From a virus: DNA of 64,000 nucleotides. Position 1 is the stretch's first letter, and each line of letters begins with the position of its first letter. A program made the translations under genes and the position numbers. Location: positions 66,705 through 130,704 of the IMG/VR virus record IMGVR_UViG_3300025789_001072. The stretch is one strand, 5' to 3'. The notes under the pieces were generated by a model. The model made no database searches and had not been told where the DNA came from. It saw only the letters and a list, made by a program, of their open reading frames with translations. Below, one piece after another: positions 1-9,185 of the stretch.

Positions 1-463
1 GGTCTTCAAAAGTAGTCCAATGCTTGTTATATTCTCGATTATAATCTGCTCTACTGCAATTTATTAATCCACCATTACACAGAATCCATAGTCCATACGT
101 TTTATCTATAAAATCATGTTCAAAGCATGGAATGTTTATAAGTTTAATATTACGCTGTTTGCATATTTCTTGCATATCTCGTAGAATAGAACTAAAAATA
201 TACTTGCTAAAATTTTCATCATCGAGCAACCATTCTCTGCTACCATCTTTATTGTAAAATCTAGTATGCTCAGTATGACAACAAATAATAACATCTGGAT
301 TGTTTTTTATAACTTCTAAAAATTCAAGATATAATTTATATTGTGCCTGACCACGAAATCCAGATTGATGAATTACGGTGAGATTAAGTTCGCTACAAAG
401 TCGTTCAATCCAAGTATCTTTGTAATTGTGAGTAAAACTATCACCAATAATAGCAACCCGCAT
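1..463 (-). CDS. SGNH/GDSL-like protein, 3' end beyond window (not in ORF track)
   Basis: Own translation MRVAIIGDSFTHNYKDTW...IICCHTEHTRFY...KLINIPCFEHDFIDKTYGLW; clear tandem paralogue of 467..1120. Confidence 0.8.
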   Translation of the reverse strand, partial: MRVAIIGDSFTHNYKDTWIERLCSELNLTVIHQSGFRGQAQYKLYLEFLEVIKNNPDVIICCHTEHTRFYNKDGSREWLLDDENFSKYIFSSILRDMQEICKQRNIKLINIPCFEHDFIDKTYGLWILCNGGLINCSRADYNREYNKHWTTFED

Positions 464-466
464 TAT

Positions 467-1120
467 TTAATTAAACCCTTCTGTTAAAATTGAAACGCTA
501 TCAAATTCTTTATCACCATTTATAAAATTGTTAATGCATGGAATAATATCTGCTGCTATTATATCATGCTCAGTTGCATCAAAATGATTCAATCTTAAAA
601 TACTTGAATCATATTCTTTATCTTCTCTAGTATGAGAAGTCAGTGTCACTAACCCACCGTCAACAGTTAGCCAAAGTCCATATTTTTTGTCTAAAAAATC
701 ATGTTGAAAACAAGGAACATTGATTAGTTTTATTTTTTTATCCTTGCAAATATTTTGAATGTCAGTTAATAAAAATTTATAAATTTCTTTTGCAAATTCT
801 TCATCGTATAAATGATCATAATATTTTTGTACTGCATCATGAAAATCTTTTAATAAAATTTCAGGACCAGTATTAAGTTGAGGTCTAACACTGTATTTTG
901 GATGATATAATCTTGATGGTTCGGTATGGCATATTAGTATTATGTCAGGAAGAGTTTTTAAATTTAAAATATCTTTAAATTTTTTATATATTTTATATTC
1001 ACTCATGCCAGGAAATCCTACATGAATGCTTAATTCTAAATTACATCCATTAACGATTTTCTCAAACCAGGTATTTGTGTAATGAAGTGCAAAACTATCG
1101 CCAATGATTGCTATCTTCAT
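467..1120 (-). CDS. SGNH/GDSL-like hydrolase or acyltransferase
   Basis: N-terminal IIGDSF block I; C-terminal LNHF...EH (block V-like His). Confidence 0.65.
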   Translation of the reverse strand: MKIAIIGDSFALHYTNTWFEKIVNGCNLELSIHVGFPGMSEYKIYKKFKDILNLKTLPDIILICHTEPSRLYHPKYSVRPQLNTGPEILLKDFHDAVQKYYDHLYDEEFAKEIYKFLLTDIQNICKDKKIKLINVPCFQHDFLDKKYGLWLTVDGGLVTLTSHTREDKEYDSSILRLNHFDATEHDIIAADIIPCINNFINGDKEFDSVSILTEGFN

Positions 1121-2583
1121 TAGAATACCACGACATTATGTAACTGAGCAAACCGTTCGGCATCCGCCCATGTGTTTACCAGCGGCTCGCCTTTAATGTT
1201 AAGACTAGTGTTAAGCAACATTGGACAACGAGTTCTAGCATACCATGCTTCTAAAATTTTGTATGCAATACTTGGTGTAGGTTGATCTATGGTTTGAACA
1301 CGAGAGGTGCCATCTACGTGACATATTGCTGGAAAATCACCGGGTGAAAGACAAGCATCTGCCCATTGCATATAATCATGGTTTACTCGCATCCTACTAT
1401 GAAAATATTCACTGAACCAAGGTTTCAATATGATAGGAGCAAATGGACGAAATGGCTCACGCTTTTTGATTTGGTTCACACGGTCTTTTACATCGTCACC
1501 ACGAGGATCAGCAAGCAGCGAACGATTGCCTAACGCACGAGGACCAAACTCTGCACGACCATTGGCAATACCTACAACTTGACCTGCTTCTAGCGCATCA
1601 ACGACTGCACGAACATCAACCCTACGGTCAATATTATAACCAAGAAACGCATGATTTAAATGAACATGTTTCTTAGTATGATAGGTAATCGCACCCAAAC
1701 TTAACCCACTATCGCCAGGATTTGGTGGCACCCATATATTACTAAATCCAGTAAATGTTTTCAATCGGCTATTTGCCACACAATTTAGTGCGCAACCACC
1801 CACCAATACAAGATTATCGCTGCCAATTATATCACGAGCATAACGGCAAATTGCCATTAAGTATTGTTCATATAAGGCTTGTGCAGAGGCTGCAATATCT
1901 TCTGGCTTCCAACCTTCATCTTTGGGCTTAGTCCACCAACGCATACCACGATGTAGGTTATGCTTAAACTCTATGTGAGGCGGATTCCATACACCAAAGA
2001 ACTCATTGAGCATGGCTTTAAGGTGCTTTGGTTCGCCGTATGCTGCCATGCCCATGACAATATATTCTTCTTCATTGGGCTTAAACCCAAGATATTCTGT
2101 GATGGCACTATAGAATAGCCCAATACTTTGTGGATAAACATTGCTCCAAACTTTAGTAAGTTTGTCTCCACGACCACGCCACACAGAAGTACACTCCCAT
2201 TCGCCAATAGCATCAATTACCACAATAGCAGCATCGGAATATTCACTAGTATAGTATCCCATAGCAGCATGAGCGCCATGATGAGGTGTGGTTACAATTG
2301 GTATTTTACCCAAACCATATTTTTTAAGATAGTCGGACAAGTTATAATGTAGTGGACGCTGCCCACTGACAAGATTACGAACCGTTCGTTTCCACGGTTG
2401 TTCGTACCATACTATTTTATCAGGTATGCCATATTGTAGCGCATCGTCAATCAATGCTTCATTTAGATGTGGATCATTCTTTACTCTGCTATACCGTTCA
2501 GCGTGACCAGCAAACAGAATGTTAGACCCGTCAACAACAGCAATACTTGCGTCGTGATTGTTAGCATTGATACCTAATAACAT
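1120..2583 (-). CDS. Carbamoyltransferase (NodU/CmcH/TobZ family)
   Basis: NHDASIA, ERYSRVK, HHGAHA, DAIGE, GGCALNCVAN, EFGPRALGNRS, KKREPFRPFAP, HVDGTSRVQT, LNTSLN motifs. Confidence 0.95.
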   Translation of the reverse strand: MLLGINANNHDASIAVVDGSNILFAGHAERYSRVKNDPHLNEALIDDALQYGIPDKIVWYEQPWKRTVRNLVSGQRPLHYNLSDYLKKYGLGKIPIVTTPHHGAHAAMGYYTSEYSDAAIVVIDAIGEWECTSVWRGRGDKLTKVWSNVYPQSIGLFYSAITEYLGFKPNEEEYIVMGMAAYGEPKHLKAMLNEFFGVWNPPHIEFKHNLHRGMRWWTKPKDEGWKPEDIAASAQALYEQYLMAICRYARDIIGSDNLVLVGGCALNCVANSRLKTFTGFSNIWVPPNPGDSGLSLGAITYHTKKHVHLNHAFLGYNIDRRVDVRAVVDALEAGQVVGIANGRAEFGPRALGNRSLLADPRGDDVKDRVNQIKKREPFRPFAPIILKPWFSEYFHSRMRVNHDYMQWADACLSPGDFPAICHVDGTSRVQTIDQPTPSIAYKILEAWYARTRCPMLLNTSLNIKGEPLVNTWADAERFAQLHNVVVF

Positions 2584-2589
2584 TTTTCC

Positions 2590-2697
2590 TCAATATATAA
2601 ATGGATCACGCTTGCGCAATTCTTTGAGCAAACGACGACGCTTATACTTGTATATCATATCATCAACGATATTATAAATCCATTTAAAAATACGCAT
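2590..2697 (-). CDS. 35-aa basic small protein ending KRDPFIY (not in ORF track)
   Basis: MRIFKWIYNIVDDMIYKYKRRRLLKELRKRDPFIY*; fills the gap exactly, with TAATG coupling to the upstream gene. Confidence 0.7.
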   Translation of the reverse strand: MRIFKWIYNIVDDMIYKYKRRRLLKELRKRDPFIY

Positions 2698-3860
2698 TAT
2701 AGAATCTTCCCCCAACTATTTTGACCAAGACATCTGTATATAGCCGTGCCATCACGCATGACAGCAATTTCGCCAGGTTCGCCAACTTGTTCTGGAATAC
2801 GATCTACAACATTTATTAACAACCCATTGAAACGTAATGGACCATTAATTTCTATTTTACCATCATTCTTTAATTTTAATTGGTTCTGATTATTTGTTCC
2901 AAGTATTAAATCAGTTGCACGGGTAGAACCAGCATACATTGTGCGTGGACTATGCTTTACTAGAGTGAATTCAGCATCTTCGTCCCATACCGATAACGCA
3001 CCAGCAGCACTTTCTGTATTGATACCAACCTTATTATTGGTAACTACCAGTGTTTCATGAATAATGGCTTGACCTTCAACACTCAATTCTTGTAGATTTC
3101 CCAAACGACGTATGTTGCTGTTGATAATTTGTGGACCAAGTGTATCGTTACTCAATATTAATCTATCGCCATATACAACGTTGCGACCTGAAATATCAAT
3201 ATCTTTCTTATTGCTTTGTGCAGTATAAACTGCAGCAGTTTCATCTGCAATGTTTTTTACAAATGTATCCAATCCAGCAATATGGAAATTTCCATCTACT
3301 GTGATATTTTTGAAGAATGCATTATCATCAATCAACAAGTTTTCAGCAGTAATGTTATTGGTTGTAACAATGCCATCATCAGTCACGACAAGTTGGGTTT
3401 TGCTTGCAGTATCGCTAATGCCCCTACTATTAAATTGTGGTATGATACCACTATCTAACTTTGCTGCTGGTAACTGTGCACCATCAAGATTTAAACTGAC
3501 GAATGGTATACTGCTATCTGGAAACTTAAATGTTGAGATTGCGCCATTTGCTGCTGCTTCTGCCTTGGTGTTTACAATACTTGTGATATCAAGCGTTCCT
3601 AGCAATTCACCAACTTTATTATGTCCAAGTGTCAGTAATTGGTCAGCAAGTATGTTGTTAACGAGTGCAGTGACTTCGCTCTCTAAATCACGTTTATCTA
3701 CAATTTGTGAGAATATCTTGCCTGTTAAATTGATAATAACATTGCTCACTTGCTTTTGTAAGTGTTCTGCAATGATTTCATCTAGGTTAATATTTTGAAT
3801 ATGCGACTCAATGCTTGCACGAACTGTGGCAGCAATTGTTTCTTCGATCTTTAAGTCCAC
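2697..3860 (-). CDS. Hypothetical protein, possibly virion structural
   Basis: 387-aa ORF; helical N-terminus and beta-rich fibre-like C-terminus (NKVGINT). Confidence 0.5.
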   Translation of the reverse strand: MDLKIEETIAATVRASIESHIQNINLDEIIAEHLQKQVSNVIINLTGKIFSQIVDKRDLESEVTALVNNILADQLLTLGHNKVGELLGTLDITSIVNTKAEAAANGAISTFKFPDSSIPFVSLNLDGAQLPAAKLDSGIIPQFNSRGISDTASKTQLVVTDDGIVTTNNITAENLLIDDNAFFKNITVDGNFHIAGLDTFVKNIADETAAVYTAQSNKKDIDISGRNVVYGDRLILSNDTLGPQIINSNIRRLGNLQELSVEGQAIIHETLVVTNNKVGINTESAAGALSVWDEDAEFTLVKHSPRTMYAGSTRATDLILGTNNQNQLKLKNDGKIEINGPLRFNGLLINVVDRIPEQVGEPGEIAVMRDGTAIYRCLGQNSWGKIL

Positions 3861-3871
3861 GCCTGTTCCTT

Positions 3872-4567
3872 TTAAACAAAACGCACCGTGATGATGTGTT
3901 CATAGTTTCTTTTATAAAAACCACGATATAACAGATTCTTCTGTATCACATATTGTGTGCCTTGTAAGTCGCTGCAGTATTTTGCCAATTGTTTAAAATA
4001 CATAGTGCGGCGAGGCGTTGGTCCTAGAACTGTTAAATCATTGTGGTTTTCTATAAAGTATATATAGTTTTCCCAGTTCTGCTTATTATTTCTGTCTAAA
4101 ATATTTTCTTCAACAATAATAATGTTATTGCTGTTAGAAGCATCTACTTGACTGCGCTTATGCGGAGCATTGTTTTTATAATCTTGTAGCGTTGTAATAA
4201 GATATCCACTCAAAACTTTTTTAATTTCGTCAAGCAAATCACGTTGTTCAATTTCACTGTCAGCATAGGTAAAGTATTCGTCAAGTGCAAGGCAAACATC
4301 TACTGTGCCTACATCTGCAAGACTATCTACAAATTCGCTTTTACTTTGCCATGAATACTTGAGGCTTTGATCTGCGACGACTACGCAGTCATAGTGTTGT
4401 TCAAGCAACAACACGATTGGATTAAATGTTGGGAATAGTATTCTTTTTGGTTTAATACCAATATTAGTAAAAAGTTTATCAATTATCTCAAATTTGGCTT
4501 GAGCAATATCAAGCCACTTACTAATCTCTGCAATTTGTTGTGTTTTTGCCCAATAATCATTTAACAA
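3872..4567 (-). CDS. Hypothetical protein, degenerate methyltransferase-like fold
   Basis: VDVCLALDEYFTY...KKVLSGYLITT resembles class I MTase C-terminal strands; no glycine motif I; TTG start with GGAG RBS. Confidence 0.4.
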   Translation of the reverse strand: MLNDYWAKTQQIAEISKWLDIAQAKFEIIDKLFTNIGIKPKRILFPTFNPIVLLLEQHYDCVVVADQSLKYSWQSKSEFVDSLADVGTVDVCLALDEYFTYADSEIEQRDLLDEIKKVLSGYLITTLQDYKNNAPHKRSQVDASNSNNIIIVEENILDRNNKQNWENYIYFIENHNDLTVLGPTPRRTMYFKQLAKYCSDLQGTQYVIQKNLLYRGFYKRNYEHIITVRFV

Positions 4568-4569
4568 AA

Positions 4570-4606
4570 CATAAACTCCCCTAATTTATATTTAGGGGAG
4601 TTTATG
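4570..4606 (-). promoter_or_regulatory. 15-bp hairpin occluding the RBS of 3872..4567, with TAAATA at the stem/loop; may also act as terminator
   Basis: CATAAACTCCCCTAA / TTAGGGGAGTTTATG perfect inverted repeat. Confidence 0.6.
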
Positions 4607-4610
4607 ACAT

Positions 4611-4808
4611 TTACTTGATTAGGATGCCAAGTTCCCTCAAGTCTTCATATAGAGTATGGTCATTTGGAATGGTTTCGGTTCTACCTTCCTTGACATTCTT
4701 GACAATCTTCTCAATGTCACCGGCAGGCAAGTCTGTACAACGCTTGAACGCAGCACGAACTTTTGACCACTCTGGCTTATCTTTATATCCCATGATTAAC
4801 ATTGTCAT
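4611..4808 (-). CDS. Small hypothetical protein
   Basis: 65-aa ORF with GAGAG RBS and upstream sigma70 promoter. Confidence 0.65.
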   Translation of the reverse strand: MTMLIMGYKDKPEWSKVRAAFKRCTDLPAGDIEKIVKNVKEGRTETIPNDHTLYEDLRELGILIK

Positions 4809-4831
4809 AACTCTCTTCTGTTTATTCTCTT

Positions 4832-4860
4832 AATATACTATATAGTTTGCGGGTTGTCAA
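4832..4860 (-). promoter_or_regulatory. sigma70-like early promoter
   Basis: TTGACA-N17-TATATT; similar TTGACA boxes near 9272, 15228, 16899, 32827, 37010, 41816, 56239, 57454. Confidence 0.65.
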
Positions 4861-4864
4861 TAGT

Positions 4865-5064
4865 TTTTTAACGGGTGGGTTGCTATCCCCACGATGGTTT
4901 TAGGCTGGTCTACCATTTCGGGTTTCGTTTGTCTGACACAACTACCATTACCTTAAACAGGTCTCTCACCTGTGCAGTCCACTGATATTGGTATGCATCC
5001 CTCACAGATGGTTTTTAGTTATACTCGCTCCAACCTTTTAGCACAGCCGTGCCGCCGTTAAAAA
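4865..5064 (-). ncRNA. Candidate ~200-nt structured non-coding RNA, family unknown
   Basis: GC-richer non-coding gap closed by 10-bp stem TTTTTAACGG/CCGTTAAAAA, with nested helices; strand inferred from G-U pairs. Confidence 0.6.
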
Positions 5065-5067
5065 TTG

Positions 5068-5877
5068 TTATGTCCATAAACCTTTTCTTATACGAACAAC
5101 AAGCATCAACATAGCAGTATCTTCTGCATCATATGCTGCTTCAATGTCATGCGTCTTATCTAATGCCACACGACCACGTGAACGTTCTTCTGGAGTTTCT
5201 TGGTCACGACTTTCAAAAATATGGTCATCTCCATACTTGTCACGCATATCATCACAATACTGGCTCCAACCACTTGCATCATGTGGGTCAGGACGCTTTG
5301 GACGATCAAACTTCCACCAGATATAAAGTTTCATTACATCCATAGCACGTTGTGCTTGGTCAGTAAGTTCGCCAAACTTTGCATCGCTTGGTTCCATGCC
5401 CCATGATTCATCGTAAAACAATCCCATTTCCCATTTTAGGGATGCTAAACCAAGTTCAGGGCAACGACCGCTCTTCCACACAGCAGTCTTGCTTGCCTCA
5501 GTGTTTAACCAACGACTTTTCCATGCTGCTTCTTTTTCAACATAGTCAACAATACCTTGCATGATGCCATGAAGAATACGCTCATCTAAATCATGATATT
5601 CGCCAACAGGCAATCCTGTTGGAAGAACATGGGTTTGACGCCAGAAACGATTGCGCAGATAATAACGAACATTGTCAATATGACCAACCGTATTGCGATC
5701 AATCTTATCTACGATACGAGGAAAGGTTTCAGTTACCCAATAGCCGATAGGATGTGCGGCTTTAGTCTCACGCTTCCACACTGACCAAGCACCCCATTCA
5801 AGAGCCACTGGTTTTTCAATCTTAAATTTTTTACGAAGCCAATAGACTATTTTAGTTTCTGACCAATAACGTGACAT
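5068..5877 (-). CDS. Hypothetical phage protein
   Basis: 269-aa ORF with AAGGA RBS. Confidence 0.75.
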   Translation of the reverse strand: MSRYWSETKIVYWLRKKFKIEKPVALEWGAWSVWKRETKAAHPIGYWVTETFPRIVDKIDRNTVGHIDNVRYYLRNRFWRQTHVLPTGLPVGEYHDLDERILHGIMQGIVDYVEKEAAWKSRWLNTEASKTAVWKSGRCPELGLASLKWEMGLFYDESWGMEPSDAKFGELTDQAQRAMDVMKLYIWWKFDRPKRPDPHDASGWSQYCDDMRDKYGDDHIFESRDQETPEERSRGRVALDKTHDIEAAYDAEDTAMLMLVVRIRKGLWT

Positions 5878-5894
5878 GACATATCCTTGAAAAA

Positions 5895-5968
5895 TGGTGC
5901 TCCCACCTAGAATCGAACTAGGAATTGAGGTTTACAAAACCACTGTTATACCACTTAACTATAAGAGC
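5895..5968 (-). tRNA. tRNA-Thr(UGU)
   Basis: Cloverleaf GCTCTTA...TT-TGT-AA...TTCGATT...TGGGAGC-A-CCA; one mismatch in anticodon stem. Confidence 0.9.
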
Positions 5969-5969
5969 G

Positions 5970-6329
5970 TTATTCTTTAGGAACGGTGTGCTTTACGCCA
6001 TCCCATATTCTATTTACTTTAGCAGATTCTACACAAAAGTCAATAACTAAATTATAAAATTCGTCTAATTCACCACCAAATTGTCCAAGCAACATGGTAA
6101 CAAGTTCTTGTGTTTTTTGCCAATCACCACTCTTATAAGCAGCAATCATCTCTACGTGAAGTTCACGCATAAATGAAAGCGTGGTAATATCTTGAACATT
6201 AGTAATTTCAACGACTGCAAATAGTTTTATTGGTTTTTCTAAACCAGGTTGCATAATAGTATCTAACTCTAGTACTGTGTATTTTTCAGCAAGTTGTTGG
6301 GCTAATTTTTCATCAAAAATAATATTCAT
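5970..6329 (-). CDS. Hypothetical protein resembling the C-terminal region of class III adenylate cyclases
   Basis: ELDTI...PIKLFAV...AYKSGDWQ...WDGV pattern; no catalytic domain. Confidence 0.45.
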   Translation of the reverse strand: MNIIFDEKLAQQLAEKYTVLELDTIMQPGLEKPIKLFAVVEITNVQDITTLSFMRELHVEMIAAYKSGDWQKTQELVTMLLGQFGGELDEFYNLVIDFCVESAKVNRIWDGVKHTVPKE

Positions 6330-6376
6330 AACATTATATAGGCTAATTATTATTGGAATATAAAAAAATGCAGTTT

Positions 6377-6392
6377 GATTTATATTGTCATA
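6377..6392 (+). repeat. 16-bp direct repeat, copy 1
   Basis: gatttatattgtcata, identical to 7542..7557. Confidence 0.85.
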
Positions 6393-7508
6393 TTATGATT
6401 GAGTATCAAACAAGTAATTTGCAAACTCTTCTGGAAAAAGTAAATGACTATGGGTATTTCTAAACCTATCAAGCGTTTTTAACTTGGATGCACACTCTTT
6501 TAATACATTACTGTCACCATTTCTATTCAATTTGTTAATTACGCTAATAAAATTTAAATTTTTTCCTATAGTTGTTATTATTTGGTTTTTAAAATTTTCA
6601 GGTAAATTCTTAATGTTATAATAATTTGGTTCTTCAAGAAAATTAAAATTTACTTTTTTTGTTAAATCTTTCCTTAAAGAATGAAAATCTTTTTCTATAT
6701 TGAAAATATTCAGTATACTAACTGTATAATTAATTGATATAATAATATTACTAAATTTTTTTACATTATTGATATTATTTAAAATATCTACCCATTTTGC
6801 TGGCCATCTAATTATTTCAAAATTCTCTTCAACACCATCAATACTAAATTGAATATCAACTAACTTAAATGTACTCAATTGTACTAATAATGTGTCATCA
6901 AAAATTGTTCCATTAGTATAAAAATTTAAAGTTATATTTTTAGAAAAGTTTTTTTCGACTAACCAAGATAAAATATTTTTTAATTTTTTAGAATAAAATG
7001 GTTCGCCACCATATAGCACAAGTGTTTCTACATTTTCCCAAAGTTTTTCATCTAATAACCAATCATAATTGTCTTGTTTATTTTTTTTAACAATAGGTTT
7101 ATTATACATTCTTGCATCTTCACTTGCCCATCTACTACTTGAATTAGCATCGCAAGTAATACATGCAATATTGCATACATTATCTAATCGCAATTCTAAA
7201 TGTTTTAAGACAAATTTATTATTAGATATAATACTTTGATCAGGTTTATGAAAATATTCTAATCTATGACTGGTTGAATTTAATTCTTCAACTTTTTTAC
7301 AATGTTCACATCCACTCGACCATTGATTTTTTAAATTATCTTCTCTAATGGTTTGATGAAAATCTTCTATGTTATTATATTTTGTATTTTTATTAAAATA
7401 ACAACATGGTCTATAAATCTTGTTATCTATATCAATATATAGTTCAGTAAACGCACGGAAACATAGAATATTTTCAAATTTGTTCATATATTTAATTATC
7501 ATGATCAC
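6393..7508 (-). CDS. Radical SAM protein with N-terminal twitch/SPASM-like domain
   Basis: CNIACITC, YGGEPF, YTNGT, FSIDG; N-terminal C...PCC...CEHC; start may be Met at 7487. Confidence 0.9.
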   Translation of the reverse strand: MIMIIKYMNKFENILCFRAFTELYIDIDNKIYRPCCYFNKNTKYNNIEDFHQTIREDNLKNQWSSGCEHCKKVEELNSTSHRLEYFHKPDQSIISNNKFVLKHLELRLDNVCNIACITCDANSSSRWASEDARMYNKPIVKKNKQDNYDWLLDEKLWENVETLVLYGGEPFYSKKLKNILSWLVEKNFSKNITLNFYTNGTIFDDTLLVQLSTFKLVDIQFSIDGVEENFEIIRWPAKWVDILNNINNVKKFSNIIISINYTVSILNIFNIEKDFHSLRKDLTKKVNFNFLEEPNYYNIKNLPENFKNQIITTIGKNLNFISVINKLNRNGDSNVLKECASKLKTLDRFRNTHSHLLFPEEFANYLFDTQS

Positions 7509-7541
7509 ATAATTCTTAAATAAAATTAAAAAAAATTATCA

Positions 7542-7557
7542 GATTTATATTGTCATA
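7542..7557 (+). repeat. 16-bp direct repeat, copy 2
   Basis: gatttatattgtcata. Confidence 0.85.
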
Positions 7558-7597
7558 GTAAATACTTTTATGATAAAAAAATTGAAATTAATGCATA

Positions 7598-8374
7598 ATG
7601 CATTTTGATTTATACAGTGATTTACATGATAATTGGTGGTCTAAGGATAAGTTATTAAACTATCGTGGGCTAGGAACTAGTCTTGTGGCAGTTGTTGCTG
7701 GTGATATTAGCAGTGATTGGGATTACACCTATGCTACGCTAGTTGAGATAGCACGTTGTTATCGTCATGTTATTTTCGTAGACGGTAATCATGAGCATAA
7801 CCATCAAATGGATATTGAGGCTAACTGCGCTGCATTTCAAGCAAAGTTGCGTAATCATAGTAACATAACCTATTTGTATAGATCATGTCTTGTGCTTGAT
7901 GATACTGCTTTTGTTGGATGCAATGGTTGGTGGACATTTGATTTTTGCCAACCAGAAATTAGCACGGCAGATTGTTGGAATAACTTAATTGACTCAACCT
8001 ATAGTGAGAAATTGTTAAGCGAAATATTCATCACTGCCAAGATGGATGCCAAGATACTGTATGAACAAATAGAAACATTCAATGATGATCCACGAATTAA
8101 TAACATAGTAGTAGTTACACATACTGCACCACTACATAAATTCAGATACATCAATCCAGATATGCCACAATATCATATGGGACGCACCGGCAATAGTCTA
8201 ATGAACTTATCACTCAATGCCAACACCAATAAAAAGATAAGCACATGGTGCTTTGGTCATGTGCATACCGCATACGATGAAGTAATTGACGGTATCAGAT
8301 ATGTTTGCAACCCACGTGGACGTGAGGAAGAAAATATCGGTACAGTATATTTCCCAAAACTTATTGAAGTTTAA
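7598..8374 (+). CDS. Calcineurin-like metallophosphoesterase
   Basis: SDLH, AGD, GNHE, THTAP, FGHVH, NPRG motifs. Confidence 0.92.
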   Translation: MHFDLYSDLHDNWWSKDKLLNYRGLGTSLVAVVAGDISSDWDYTYATLVEIARCYRHVIFVDGNHEHNHQMDIEANCAAFQAKLRNHSNITYLYRSCLVLDDTAFVGCNGWWTFDFCQPEISTADCWNNLIDSTYSEKLLSEIFITAKMDAKILYEQIETFNDDPRINNIVVVTHTAPLHKFRYINPDMPQYHMGRTGNSLMNLSLNANTNKKISTWCFGHVHTAYDEVIDGIRYVCNPRGREEENIGTVYFPKLIEV

Positions 8375-8694
8375 GCAACAGGTTCAAGTTTTACATTAAG
8401 TGGAAAACTGTTTGTACGAGCAAGTAACGTTGCTTCTACTGCTTTGCTTTCTGCAATTTCAAATGGTAAAACTGCAACAGCAGCCTGTCCTTGCTCATGA
8501 ATCTTTATGGTCAAGTCTGTTGCGCTATCTTCATTATGATCAAATATTTCCATAAGAACCGCCATAACAAATTGTACGGTAGTTATATCGTCGTTCATAA
8601 AGACAACTTGAAAACTTGGCGGCGGCGTAAGATCAATGCGTGGTGCAATCTTAACTTTGGTTGTTGTTGCGGTGTCTGTGCTCATTTTGCTCAT
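8371..8694 (-). CDS. clpS: ATP-dependent Clp protease adaptor ClpS
   Basis: VVFMNDDITTVQFV, IHEQGQA, EIAESK, FPL. Confidence 0.92.
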   Translation of the reverse strand: MSKMSTDTATTTKVKIAPRIDLTPPPSFQVVFMNDDITTVQFVMAVLMEIFDHNEDSATDLTIKIHEQGQAAVAVLPFEIAESKAVEATLLARTNSFPLNVKLEPVA

Positions 8695-8706
8695 CTTCTA
8701 TTATTT

Positions 8707-8735
8707 ACACGGCGGGACAATTCCCGCCGTGTTTT
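8707..8735. terminator. GC-rich hairpin, probable intrinsic terminator
   Basis: acacggcggga-caat-tcccgccgtgt followed by a T run on + strand. Confidence 0.6.
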
Positions 8736-8747
8736 GTTGCTATTATA

Positions 8748-9185
8748 TTACTTGGTTACTGGAATTTTCTTTGGCTTCTTTTCGTCTGGAACAACATGTT
8801 CTAGTGATACGATAAGCAAGCCATTCTTAACCTTTGCAGCATTTACCACAACATCGTCACTTAGTGAGAATGTGCGAATAAACTTGCGAGCAGCAATGCC
8901 ACGGTGAAGATACTCATTGGTATCCTCGTCGGTGTTTTCGCCAGTGATAACCAATTGATTATCAGTTAGGGTGATATCAATATCTTTTTCAGAAAAACCA
9001 CTTACGGCAATCTGAATTTCATAATTGGTTTCATCGTTGCGGATGATATTGTATGGTGGATAATTCTGTTGAACATTGATAGTGTTTACACGCAGCATAT
9101 CATCTAGGATACGATCAAACCCAATAGTGGTACGGTGAAGGTTATCAAATAATTTTTGGTCAAAGACCTGTAGAAGGTTACTCAT
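8748..9185 (-). CDS. ibpA: Small heat-shock protein (IbpA/Hsp20)
   Basis: IGFDR, YPPYNI, IAVSGF, YLHRGIAARKFIRTF, NGLL, KPKKIPV. Confidence 0.95.
   Translation of the reverse strand: MSNLLQVFDQKLFDNLHRTTIGFDRILDDMLRVNTINVQQNYPPYNIIRNDETNYEIQIAVSGFSEKDIDITLTDNQLVITGENTDEDTNEYLHRGIAARKFIRTFSLSDDVVVNAAKVKNGLLIVSLEHVVPDEKKPKKIPVTK

Noticed and set aside
4611-4808. Faint resemblance to the ribosomal protein bL12 C-terminal domain
   Set aside because: Key conserved residues (GLKEAK) are absent
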